A stretch of DNA of 62,763 nt, the filler included, from Rhabdomonas costata (lineage: Eukaryota): NCBI GenBank assembly GCA_019059605.1. It is 40 parts of 40 records of this genome, joined end to end, with 100 filler letters (N's around TTAATTAATTAA, not from the genome) between each part and the next. Parts side by side here need not be neighbours in the genome. Positions count along the whole stretch, not along the records: positions 11,005 to 12,476 come from JAHMHO010015059.1; positions 12,577 to 14,057 come from JAHMHO010015060.1; positions 14,158 to 15,629 come from JAHMHO010015061.1; positions 15,730 to 17,201 come from JAHMHO010015062.1; positions 17,302 to 18,772 come from JAHMHO010015063.1; positions 18,873 to 20,344 come from JAHMHO010015064.1; positions 20,445 to 21,916 come from JAHMHO010015065.1; positions 22,017 to 23,488 come from JAHMHO010015066.1; 32 more parts are not named here. One strand, written 5' to 3'. The first letter of the stretch is position 1. Every line of letters starts with the position of its first letter. The notes beneath the pieces are model-generated. The model was given only the letters and a program-made list of their open reading frames with translations. It did no database searches and was not told the origin of the DNA. The translations under genes and the position numbers were made by a program. Shown here piece after piece: positions 11,281 to 23,174 of the stretch.

Positions 11281-12460
11281 TCGTTTCTTTCCCGAGACGC
11301 GAGGAAAGACAGAATTGAGAAGCTCAAGGCATTGCTAGCGGCCCAGCCCTTCGTCTCGGTGTTCAACACCACCGACAAGAACGGGAACCCAGCGGAGCCC
11401 CTCACCCTTCCCTTGGACCCCGACATTCAGGTAATGCAGGGAACTGGGGGTGGGGGGTTCTGAGGAAAGCATAGGTTTTGACCTGAAGCATTCCTCTCGA
11501 TTGAGAAGCTCCTAAGTATGTTTCTGGCAAGCTCGTCCGGAACTGGGTGGGAACTGAAGCCTTGTCTTCTTTTGTGCGCTTCTCCACTTTGATCCTGTCT
11601 TCCCCCTTTCCCCTTTAGTGCACTCTTGAAGGTCATCTTTCTGTTTCCCACTTGCCTTTTTATTCGGCCATTTTGCATTTGTGCCGCTACTTGACTCCGG
11701 ACCTTGTTGCTGTGGTCCAACACCCTCCACATTCTCATGTCTCCCTTGTAATCCTCCTGTCTTCTCACAACCTCCTTGGCAGTGATGGGGGGGGGGGCAG
11801 CTTTCCTCCGTGGAGCCGGAGTCGGCACACATCTTCGGCAGCACTAAGCAGCCCATGGCGGTGACCTTCCGCACCACCACGGGAGGGCGGTTCCGCGTGA
11901 TTTTCAAGGTGGGAGACGACCTTCGGCAGGACCAGCTGGTGATCCAGCTGTTCAACCTTATGGTATGGAGCGTTTCACCTCAAATGAAAATATTTGGACG
12001 CAAACATCAAGCAGCCAAAATCCAAGGATGGATGCGCATCAAAATGGGATCAGTTTCCTTCGTTTGGTGCAAAGCCGCCACATTTGAATCTAATCTCGTC
12101 TCTCTCGTTTCTGCGAGGCCCATTCAGCAGGCTGGCATTTCACATATCGTCTCCCCTGCGTTTGTGACGTTTTGGGGATATAGATCAACCTGGACACGCC
12201 AATCATCACACCCTGTATTGGCTGTGGTCCTTATGGAAAACAATAGCTCCGAATATACAGCACAATACTCAGTATGGGGTTACATTCTCGTCGTACAGGG
12301 CCGGGGACTTGCCGTGGCGAGTATGCAGGAACAGGAATGCCAGACGAGCGGGAGCGGGGGTGTTTCTTCCCGTTGCTGTGCTTCTGCAGGCCATCCAGGG
12401 ATGGGGTTTGAGGGTAAGTTTTGGGGTTGGGACCAGGACTCCTTGCTGAAGAAGAACGGG
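11281..12460 (+). CDS. Phosphatidylinositol 3-kinase, Vps34-like (partial; exons 11281-11430, 11801-11962, 12437->12460)
   Basis: KDRIEKLKALL...LTLPLDPDIQ|LSSVEPESAHIFGSTKQPMAVTF...VIFKVGDDLRQDQLVIQLFNLM|DSLLKKNG; FKxGDDLRQD is the PI3K catalytic-domain motif; two GT-AG phase-0 introns. Confidence 0.88.
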
Positions 12461-13136
12461 AAGAAACACCCCCCCCNNNNNNNNNNNNNNNNNNNNNNNN
12501 NNNNNNNNNNNNNNNNNNNNTTAATTAATTAANNNNNNNNNNNNNNNNNNNNNNNNNNNNNNNNNNNNNNNNNNNNGGGGGTGGTGGTTGCTCTGGCGTT
12601 TCGGCTCACGCACGCGCGCAAGTGAAAACAAGGGAAAGGGTCGTCCGTCAAAACAAAACCTGCCCATGACAACAGCAGCAAAGTATGTCTTAAACAGTTG
12701 GTTTATGTCCCCTGTCCACGCACAAGAACTGCCAGTGAGGTGGTTAGGGTTGTCCGGGAATCATGTGTGCGTGATATGGAATTTCGTCCCTATCCTTCCC
12801 TTTCCTTTCGATTCCTCCAGACTGCCATTTTTTGTGACCTCCGCAGGGATGCCATGAGCTGTGCGCGCTGAAAGTAAAATCTGCAGCATCCAATCCGCAG
12901 TTGAATTTGCAACGGGGTTACTGTCACCACTTCTGGTAAGGCCTTCCGCTTCCGCATGGGCACAACACTTCCACAATCAGTCTGACACAACGCCCAATGG
13001 TGGAAGGCGGGGGGGGGGGGCGAAGAAGAGACTGAAAGGAGAGGTGAGCGTGCTCTTTGACTGGAAGAAACCCACGCATATCTTTGCGCACTGCGGCGAG
13101 CATCCGAATTCTCTGTGTGTGCTTGTATGTGTACAG

Positions 13137-13929
13137 GTATGGGACTTCTTTCCTTCGATGTGCCGGCACCTCCGGCAGCTCAACGGCATTGAGGATGCGG
13201 ACTACATTGACAGTTGGACCCTCCCCCCGGAGATGGTGCAGCCCACCACTGGGGCGGGCCGCAGCAAGTCCCTCTTTCAAAAGTCCAGGTCTCGCTCTCT
13301 TTCGAGGTTTTGAAAAGATTTTTTTGGTGTGTCGGCATATGCACTCGCCTTGATCACCTGTAAAAGCGACAAAAAGTACAAAGTTCAAAAATGTTTAAAG
13401 GGGGCAGGCTACGTGGCCTCCAGGTTGACTTTTTGCGGGTGAGGAGAACATGGTAACCCACTTTTTCGAGGCATTCCTTGGGGTAAAACAAAAAGGGATA
13501 CGTTAGAGCACGTGAAATCCGAAACAAAAAGGAGGTAATAGAAGTGCTGAGAAACCGCCAGCGCGGCCCTCGATTGCAAAACTCCGTGGTTTCTGTCCAC
13601 ACCCCGATTTCACTGTTTTCCTGGAGAAAGTGCTCGAATCTCCTTAGATTCTCAGCGTGAAAGGAGGGAGGGGAGGCATCTCTATCTCCGGTGCGCGGAT
13701 GTTTTTTTTTGGCCTTTTTAACTTTTTATGTGGGTTCTGCTTGGAACTCCGTTGTGATAGAGACGAACCGCCTTGGTACGTGTTTGTTGTGGTTCTGGGC
13801 GCCGCCCTTTCCAGTCTTCTTTTGTTTGCGTGTGCCTCCCTGAAGGGATGGCCGCTTCCTCCTGAAGACCATCCCGGAGAAAGAGTTCTCCACCCTGCAG
13901 TTCATGTTCTCAGGCTACTACGACCACCT

Positions 13930-13930
<1 letters not shown>
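13137..13930 (+). CDS. Phosphatidylinositol-phosphate kinase (PIP5K family), partial; exons 13137-13288, 13846-13930
   Basis: WDFFPSMCRHLRQLNGIEDADYIDSW...GAGRSKSLFQKSR|DGRFLLKTIPEKEF...GYYDHL resembles PIP5K DYxPxVFxxLRxxFGI...GKSGSxFxxSxDxRFxIKT. Confidence 0.88.

Positions 13931-13964
<34 letters not shown>
13931..13964 (+). repeat. (GT)n microsatellite that forms the 5' splice site of a PIP5K intron
   Basis: ~17 GT units start at the first intron base; other GT/CA tracts at ~7915-7938, ~55768-55797 and ~62560-62612. Confidence 0.9.
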
Positions 13965-13967
<3 letters not shown>

Positions 13968-16900
13968 AGAGGCACCTTTGAGTGGAGCCAATTTCTTGAT
14001 CGTTAAAATCGTTAAAATGTGAGAGGTCGTCGGTGCTTCCGATATTCACCCCCCCCCNNNNNNNNNNNNNNNNNNNNNNNNNNNNNNNNNNNNNNNNNNN
14101 NTTAATTAATTAANNNNNNNNNNNNNNNNNNNNNNNNNNNNNNNNNNNNNNNNNNNNGTGGGTGTGGGATGCAAGAGTGGGTGCGAGTGGCGAGCTTGTC
14201 ACATTGATTGGCACTGTAAGGTGGCTGCAAGATGGAGACGATGGATCACCGGCATGCAGCCTCGGAGGAACAAGACGTCTGCTACCATGTGAATCAGCAC
14301 CTAAAGAGCAGCAAAAGCCGATGAAGTGATGGCGATCGCCAAATTGATTGAGCTTCCGTGCCTTCCTTTCTCCTCTCCTTTGTCAAATTTCACACTGTGA
14401 GGTTGTCCACACAACTAAAACCAAACTTGCTTCTCTGTTTTCCAACAGGTTGTCGAAGTGTTGAGGATGTACTGTATTACCTCATGCACCCCTTCTTCCG
14501 TCTGAAAATAACGAGAATCGCAGCAGTTATGATGTTCAGGAGCAAGGGAGCGGAAGCCCTGCTAAGAGCGGCCGACAATCATCGCAAAGCAACTACTCAC
14601 TCCCATTTCAAATCAACGTCAACGCCCACATCCAAAAGATGCACCTGTCTTTTCCCACCACCCCAGCATACCACTTTCAGCGGACTCGGTTTCGGTACAA
14701 AACCACACATCATCCAAGCAAAGAAGGCAAGTGAATGACGGCTTGGGCAGGTCGCCTGCGCTGGCACGACAGTGAAGATAGAAACAAACATGCTCACACG
14801 CAAACAACCGTTCCCGCTCCTCTTCCAGACGCAGGGCATGGCGGTCAGCAATCTCCTGGCCGAGCAGGATGTACTCCCCTCGAAGCGTTTGCCTCGCCAG
14901 CTCCTGGAAAGCACAGGGGCACAACAGTTTCAACAAGCTTCCCCAAGTCACTCTTGTGAAAGTAAGGAAGGGTTGTTTCGTTCAGAAATGTAGAGATTCA
15001 CTTTAGCTCGTCTTGTCAGCCACTCGTCCCAAACCTCACCCTGCTTCCTGCATCCCATACCTCTCCATTTGTAAATAGCGGGAGTGCTCGGCTGGGGTAC
15101 TCTCGCCCCAACCTCAGCGCTGGCGACAACAAAAGAAAAAGCAACCCAGAGGGTGACGCCACCCCAATGACCGGTACGCCGTTTTGTTTTAAAAACCCTC
15201 GTTTTGCATCCCGAGACTTATAACAAAACGCGCCAAAGTCTTTCTTTCCCACCCGGTTTAAATAAGCAGGATCGTAAAGGCCGTCCAGTGCTAACCTACC
15301 CCACTTACCCCATCCAACCAAAAAAGCCAGAATAATTATATCGCCATGGACAAGTTTATTTCACCCACCCAGGACATGATCAATAATCGTTGCTTGTCAA
15401 GGTTTCCAACAGCGGCGGCTTCACCGGAAATTCAAGACATAAAACCCAGTCGAAATGTCCCATTTTACCTTTTGCTGCGCTTCAACCCTGGTATTTCCAG
15501 CATTCATACTGTCTGACCCTTGGGGTCAAGAAAGCATTTCCAAAAAGTAACTTGTGAACCCTACTTTGTATACGCAACTATCCAGATGGGTGATTGAATC
15601 CGGAAGGAGTACTTATTTCTCCCAACACCNNNNNNNNNNNNNNNNNNNNNNNNNNNNNNNNNNNNNNNNNNNNTTAATTAATTAANNNNNNNNNNNNNNN
15701 NNNNNNNNNNNNNNNNNNNNNNNNNNNNNGGGGTTGTGTGAGGATGCAGCCGCCTGGAGCTCCAGGTAACTCTACTTGGATTGCCTGAAATCTCAACCTG
15801 TGGGTGTACACAAGGAGAAGTATTTTCAAATTACGGATTGTACGAAATGGAAGGTGCAGCATGCATAGGTCCAACTGCCGTGTGACTTTGGCTTCGTGAT
15901 CACTTATGCGGTTGGATGATCTGAAACAGCAGTAGCGGCCTGGGTTCCGAAACCGAACCAACTCCAGAGGATCCAAACCCGAATTCTAGAGGGGTTGAAT
16001 CAGGCTCCACACCCAGTTCCTGAACAGCGTAGTCACAAGTGAATTCAGCTGCTGGTTGTGTACATCTTCAGAATGATGAATGGAGGGATGCAGGTATGAT
16101 ACTAAACTACCGATTGCTTTAGCAACAGGAACACGAGTAAGCTTCTTTCAAATCATCCTTCTTTCAGCTCCACCCAGTTAATCAAATGGTTGATTAATGA
16201 TGAACGTATAAATAAAATGATAGAAAAAAACGATGGGATTATGAGTTTCAGTCACACGCGAGAAAAGAATCATCTGCAACTTCACTATCTTCCCTTGCAA
16301 GCAAACATAGTGCTTCACTGTCAGGGTATTTTAATTCGCGACATTCACATGAATCTGTGACTTCAAAGGCAATAATTTGTATCCTGATTTACGCACAACG
16401 TCCGCGCTTACGGTATTAACTAGTCAGAAGCTCAAGAGTCCAGCGAAGTAAAGTGTTTTTGGCTCCAACTGCCACTGGAAGAAATAGCAGATGCATTGGC
16501 GCTGGTGGCTGTGAACAGTCCTCTTCAAATGTCAAAGGCACAGTGGCGTGACGAAGGTCAACGATGCTGCAGTATGTTTCGACGGTTCAGCCAAATTTGC
16601 GCACAAAATGGGCTGCAAGACTTGAATTGACATCGGAGCGTCCAAAGTGGAGCATTGTATTGCTAACACTGGAGAGGCAAGTGTTGAGGACCTCGAAGAC
16701 ACAGTAGCGTCCTGTATGGAAGAAGGAAATGCTGTAGGTGTGTCCAAAGACAACTCGGTAGATGCGTGGATCTGATTTTACATGGTATCGTAATGGTTGC
16801 CATACTGCATCAGCTTCTTGGGCTGATTTACGGACTTTTGGTGGCCTGGAAATCCATGTTTTTATTTTTTCTGAAGAAAAATGATATCTGTTTGTACCCG

Positions 16901-17681
16901 ACAACCTACTGTCTACAGCATCTGATTATTTCCGCAAGATGTCGCAGAGCTGGCTGAGGCAATCGTCCAACAAAGAAATAAAAGGTCCTACACAGGCCAT
17001 GTCTCTCTGAATCGGTCGACTTCTGCGTGGAATCACGTGGAACACTCCGCATGTCTCCTGTACTGGTACTCCCCTTGCCTCGGGACCTCTTCAGATCTCC
17101 TCATCAGACAGCACTCCGCATGCGTCTGCTGAAGCATTCCGCAATAAGGAATTGACTTTCACACTATCTCTGGATCACAGTGGAGGGCTCTACAAAAACA
17201 CNNNNNNNNNNNNNNNNNNNNNNNNNNNNNNNNNNNNNNNNNNNNTTAATTAATTAANNNNNNNNNNNNNNNNNNNNNNNNNNNNNNNNNNNNNNNNNNN
17301 NTGTTTTTGTGTGCATCGCTGCACAGCGGAATCTTATGTATGTCACTTTTTCCGATGCTGAAAACCTTTTCCAGAAATGCGCATATCTGTCTCCCAGGCG
17401 ATAGTGCGATGCGACTGGCTTGTTTTCGAACTCTCGAAGTTATTTCCTGTGTATTATGGCATTGGGTTGGAAGATCTGGTTCGCTTCATGCTCATCCCAA
17501 GAGGTGATGGAAGAAAAGTTACCTGCAACATGCCCGCACAAATGGTGTGTAATTGTTCAGTTCTCAGTTATCGAGGTGGGCAAAGAAAGGGAAGGGAGGA
17601 GAGAGGTGGAAAGCATCAAAGGGGTGATTTTGGATCCGAAGGGGTTTTTCTGTGGTTTCCAATATTCTTGTTGCTTTGCAG

Positions 17682-18600
17682 CGATCAGCTCCAGTGCTGC
17701 TGCGGCCGCGCCGTCAGCGCTCTTTAGTTTCGGGGCGTCTTCCTCTGCCCCAGCAGCAGGCGCGCTGCCACCCCCCTGTGACCCTGCGTTCTCCTCTGTG
17801 GCGAATCTATGACTCACACGCGCATCGATCACATTCATGATCAACATCTGCGATTGTCAATGGTCGGTTTGAGGGACGCTTGGAGGTAGCACCGCAAGTG
17901 GGGGAGAGAACCTGTGTTCCAGAATCTTTTTGGAGCGATGCTGCCTTTGCACTCCGACTAGCCAGTGCATATGCTTCTTCATTTACAGCGGCAGCAGCTT
18001 CCCCTGCCAGCAGCAGTGGAGGCTTCTCCTTCGGGGCCCCTGCCTCAGGCGTGCGAGGCCTTCTTTTTTTTCCGTGCGTGTCTTCTTCCTTTCAGAGTTC
18101 AGCGTCTTCAAGGGGGGGAAAGGGAGAAAGATATTCTCTTCTATCTTCCCTTTGCCTGCATATGCGCCCGCTGTTGCCGTGAGGGATGATGATTGCATGT
18201 TTTAAAATGCTAATGAGATTCCGTTTTCGCGGTGTTGAACATTTCAAAAGCCTCCGTGTTCCTCAGCTTGCTAAGTAACACAAAAGTGAAGTCACCCCGA
18301 GGCGCCTTGTGTTCCAAGCAGCCCAGAATTCCACCTGTCTTCCATTGCCCCCCTTGCGCTGCGCTGCCTGTGACTTTGTTCCACTGGTTCATGTTTGTCA
18401 TAGAACAACAGGTAGTGATTTCTCCTAAACTCGGGTGTCGCCAGTTTCCTCCCACTACTTCCACCCTTCCCCTCTCCTTTTTTAATTCTCATTCATTGTT
18501 GTTCTCTGCTTCTCAACTGTTTCAGGAGCTGCCGCCACCCCCACTGACACCACCAGCTCCAGCAGTGGCGCCGCGTTCTCCTTCGGAGCTCCTGCAGCCT
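17682..18600 (+). CDS. FG-repeat (FxFG) nucleoporin fragment; exons 17682-17759, 17989-18048, 18526-18600
   Basis: Three A/S/P-rich exons (78, 60, 75 nt), each with one FSFG motif, all phase 1-1; donors GCGCGC, GCGTGC, GTGCGT. Confidence 0.8.
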
Positions 18601-21600
18601 GTGCGTTGCTAGTGGCCTTTTTTACGCTTTGCCTTTTTTTTGCCCATTTCAGAATCGCCATATTTTTCCTGAGAAAAGGATATGAGGCCTTCTTCGGCTT
18701 AGTCTTCATGCTTTCGTCTTGTTCACTTTCATGGCAACAACAACGGCAAAGTGTAAAAAGGGCCACCACACANNNNNNNNNNNNNNNNNNNNNNNNNNNN
18801 NNNNNNNNNNNNNNNNTTAATTAATTAANNNNNNNNNNNNNNNNNNNNNNNNNNNNNNNNNNNNNNNNNNNNTTGTTTGTTGATGTTTCGATGTGATAGT
18901 TGTGATCAATCTCACCTGATCGGCGCGCTGAACTGTGTTTCTGAGCACTGGGGTGAGAGGATGATGTGCATGAACAGGCAGTCAGGTCTTGAACATAGAA
19001 CTCCACACCAGCCATCGGCAGATCACATCATTGTTTCTCCACTCTGCTGAAGAATGTTGGTTTTGACCCATCAATAGCCTGGATTCAGGGACGCAGTCGA
19101 GAGTTACGGAACTAAAGACCCCAGGCCTGCTTCGGCACACCCCTCTTCAGAAATTTCGAAGTTTGGGTAAAGAATTGTTATTTATGATTTCAGATGATTT
19201 GGGTTATTTACCGTGATTTACCGATTTAACCTGAGTTACCGTGATCACACTAGTCCCAGCAGGACCCCATTCTCTCTCACTTCGAGAGTTTTCATCTCGC
19301 AGCAGATGAGCACCTACCCCAGAATTTCTCGATGGCTACGCCCGGCGAGTGTGCTGAACCGAGACAAACAGAGACAGCCAACACACACCAGAAGGCAGAA
19401 AGCAATACCACAACAACGACATGAACCCAACAACCACCGAGAAAAATAGGATGCACTTCCTATGCGGAAGGACCAAACCAGACACCCACGCATCCAAAAG
19501 CAAAGTCCTAAGCCATTACCAAAGGAACAACCAACCCAAAAAGTATCTGACGTAGTGTATATGTTCCTATCGTCCTGGAAATTCTGAGGACCGAACTGCT
19601 GCGGAAATCCCTAGAAGTTCATTGAAATTCATGAAAACATGGACCCTAGTCCTCGAAATAGTTTGTTTTATTTTTCTTTGGGTTATCATCCCACACCCTG
19701 AGTTGGACATTTTTCCTGTGGTGCAGAAGGACCCAGGCACCCATAACAAGCACCGTCACAGAGCACGCCAACCACACTCCACGCCAATATCGCCCACACC
19801 AAAGCCCAACGCCACTACAGCCACCCGACCAACCAGCCAACACCAACACCCCAACGGCCCAACATCCATCATCCAACAACACAAACCCTACCACCATAGT
19901 CTACAATAGCCCCAATATGTTGACACACACCAACCCTAACACTAACACACCTTAGAAACACTAATACATTGCGTCACTAAGAATATTTAGTTGAAGTAAT
20001 TCACGCGCGAGAGAACAAAGGACTACATGCCGGACATACTTGGGGCTTTGCTCGTTGGTCCATTCCCGGCTTTGCTTTCCCGTAAACCAGAGAGCGGACG
20101 CAACAACACTACAAGGCATGAAACCGTGACCAGATCACAAAGCTCAGTGCACTGACCAAATTACCCAGGACACAAAGCACCAACACAGACCCGCGAAACC
20201 CTGCCAGGAACGGCATCATTTAAACCCCAAGAGCAGGCACCGAATAGCAATGAATGACATCCACAGCGAGACAAACCCAAGAACCAAACGCAACTTCGGG
20301 GTTGCAGCGAGAAGGCAAGAAGAAAGATGAAAACGCTCGATATGNNNNNNNNNNNNNNNNNNNNNNNNNNNNNNNNNNNNNNNNNNNNTTAATTAATTAA
20401 NNNNNNNNNNNNNNNNNNNNNNNNNNNNNNNNNNNNNNNNNNNNTTGTTGACCACCGAACTGCGCGAATGAGCGTCGCTCGAGGTCTTTTTTCTTGTCTC
20501 AAGGGAAAGAAACATGCGCCGCCACCTAGCCCCGTGCGAGATCATTCATCTTGTCGCAGGGCACACGAGCATCGCTCCCAAACAAGCGAGGTCATCTATC
20601 ATTAGACGTGTGTCCTGAGGCAGTGAAAGCATCAAGAAAGGTGGATGCGGAGCTGGGAGAGAATTTGCCGTTCAGTTGGGGAACACGGGTTGTAGGAAAG
20701 CATGTGAAGCGAGAAACCCAGGCCACCTTTCCGCGCAAAGAACAGAAGTCGAAGGCGTCGAAACACTGCAAGAACCCAATCCCTCACGACTCTGAACTTT
20801 GACAAAAGTTTGGGTTCGCGTGCGCACCCACCCACAAACAACGCAGAATTGTGTGCCCCATGACTCCCCTCCCTACGGGAGCGAGGGACGGGTCGGCATG
20901 AGCAGAGAAAAGATGGAGAAAAGGAGAGAGAAAGAAAAGAAAAAGAAAAAGAAAAAGGAAAGCAGGAGCTTTGTTCGTGTTCGGGTATGAACATCAGAGA
21001 ATGTACAAACCAGAGTAAGACGCACCAGCCCTCGTGTAGAACCACCGACTACTAAGACTGAAAACCGATTAGTAAGAAAAAGGACGGCAGTAGACTAAAA
21101 AAAACCGTGTGTCATCCCAGGCGGAGAAAGGGTGTGTACAAGGACGAAGTAAGTGCCGGGCAATGAAAAGACGACCGTAACTTACGCTAAGGCGATCATT
21201 TTTGCCTCGAGAACACTCGCCGGGTTCTGGCGAGATCCAAGGAAACTCCAGACGAACGTGAAGCTGCAAGTGCAGGAGAGGGAGGTGTGGGTGGGAAAGG
21301 GCAGCGGCCTGGTCACACGCCAGGAAGTGTAGGGTCACTCTCTGGCGGTCGCGGTACCGCTGCCCGCTCCTGCACATTTCCAGCGCACCGCAGGAAAAAG
21401 AAAAGAAAAGGACACCACTATGGGAAGGCACAGGGAAAGACGGTGGCGCTAAAAAGAGAACAGGGGAAAGACGGAGGCGGCGAAGGCACAAAGAGAAACC
21501 ACGCACACTAAGGAAAAAACCCACATGCTCTCTCTCTCCCACTCTTACGGTGCGGCCGTAGTTTCAGGAGGGTCGAAACAGACCACCGCCCCAGAAAACA

Positions 21601-21819
21601 AAAAAGTGGTAAGCAGAGAACGTACGACGCCGTGAGAAAGAGACCCAGAGGAACAAGAACCAATAAAAAGGACTGAGAAGCCCCCGGGGTGGTCCGCAGG
21701 TGGTCACTCACCTTACCCCCCGTTGTACGTGTGTGTGTGTATGGGGGAAGATACTCCGTGGAGGCTTTGAACACTGTGGCAGTGGTGGTCCACCACGCCC
21801 CCGCAAAAGGCAGGCGCGC

Positions 21820-21916
21820 TTACATCACGAAGAGCTGAGGGAAGAGGATGGGGCTGGGGAAGCAGACCGGGCTGGCGTTGAGGTTAATGAAGGGAACGGC
21901 CTGCTTCCCCAACCCC
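21820..21916 (-). CDS. Possible terminal exon of an unknown protein (...GKQAVPFINLNASPVCFPSPILFPQLFVM*)
   Basis: GC3-rich codons ending in TAA; no family recognised. Confidence 0.3.
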
Positions 21917-23075
21917 NNNNNNNNNNNNNNNNNNNNNNNNNNNNNNNNNNNNNNNNNNNNTTAATTAATTAANNNNNNNNNNNNNNNNNNNNNNNNNNNN
22001 NNNNNNNNNNNNNNNNGTGGGGTGGGAACGGGGTGGATGGGCGCGGTAACCTCAGCGCTGTGGAAGTCCCATCAGGTGCTCCCCTCCTTTCCGTCGTTTA
22101 GGCTGAGCAGTGGCGAATAACGCTTGTCCCCATTTTTGCATGCGAAAGAGAGAGGGAGAGGGAGAGAAGTGGTTGGTGGACCGTTTTGGGTGCGGCATAT
22201 TTACGAATGAGAATCACCTGTGAGGCTAGTTCTCTCCCCAAATCTGAGAGTTTGTTGCCCGCTTGTACTGAAATTGTGCGCCAGGTGCACCTCCTTTTTT
22301 TTCGATGGCCCAGCAAATCAGTTTTCGAAGTACCCTGCGGGATGGAGAAGACCCCCACCCCCTTCTGCGCTTCGTCACATCCACTTACAGTGATGACCAT
22401 CTCCCTTACTGTGGCATTTTCCAACCTGTGCTGCACAGGTCGCTGTTGCTTTCCTTCCCTCATTTATCATTCCGAGGGAATACAGAGGCAATGGGATGGA
22501 TGGGCAATGGCAGCCCCCAAATAACCTCTGCTGCAGCCACAGAGAAGTCTGTGCCCCCGTGGGGAGCAGGGTTTTTCACGGGACCCTTCCCCTTCCCAAG
22601 CTCGTGATAGAGTGTGGGGGATTGGTGTGGTAGGGAGCCGAAACAAAAAAGCTGCCTTTTGGTGGAAAAGGAGCCTGGGTGATTGGCGGGGGCAAGGGTG
22701 CGGTGGCAGTGCTGACTGACACCTCCCCCTCTCTCTCCCCGCCGTTCGAGTTTTGTGAGGGCGATCTCCCTCTGCTTAAAAAACAAATAGCACAATCTGT
22801 TTGGGGTGGGGGGAGGGAGGAAGATTGGATGGTCGATCGCATTTATTTTTATTCAGGGAAGTGTGAGAGGGAAGTTTTTGGTGTGGAACTGGGGGGAGAT
22901 GGATTCTCACGTGGGGGGTATCGGGAAAGGAAAGTTTCATTCTAGAAAATGGTCTCAGCTGTGAGAGGAGGGGGAGAGATAGGCCTTGGGGACAAAGAGT
23001 TCGGTGAAATGGAGGAGAGGGAGGGCGTGCTTTCGCCCCCTTCTGCTTTTCTTTTCTTTTCTTTTGGGGCCGCAG

Positions 23076-23174
23076 GACAGCAAAGGGCGAAGGGCCATCA
23101 GCTACGCCGCGGAGTGTGGCAGTGAGGAGGCCGCGGCGGCCCTAATTGAGTTCAAGGCCGACGTCAATGAAATG
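23076..23174 (+). CDS. Single ankyrin-repeat exon (33 aa, phase 0-0)
   Basis: CAG|DSKGRRAISYAAECGSEEAAAALIEFKADVNEM|GTGCGT; fits the DxxGxTxLxxAAxxGxxxxxxxLLxxxADVN consensus. Confidence 0.88.

Noticed and set aside
11005-14057. Apparent phosphoinositide kinase cluster (PI3K next to PIP5K)
   Set aside because: Separate contigs joined by a linker; adjacency reflects concatenation order
14854-14871. 18-nt match to 41509-41526 (TCCTGGCCGAGCAGGATG)
   Set aside because: No flanking similarity; GC-rich coding-like word, most likely chance
15180-15230. Inverted repeat CGTTTTGTT...AACAAAACG
   Set aside because: Short, A/T-rich and without context; not distinguishable from chance
15730-17201. Long stop-interrupted minus-strand reading that might be a decayed transposon
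   Set aside because: No recognisable RT, integrase or transposase motif
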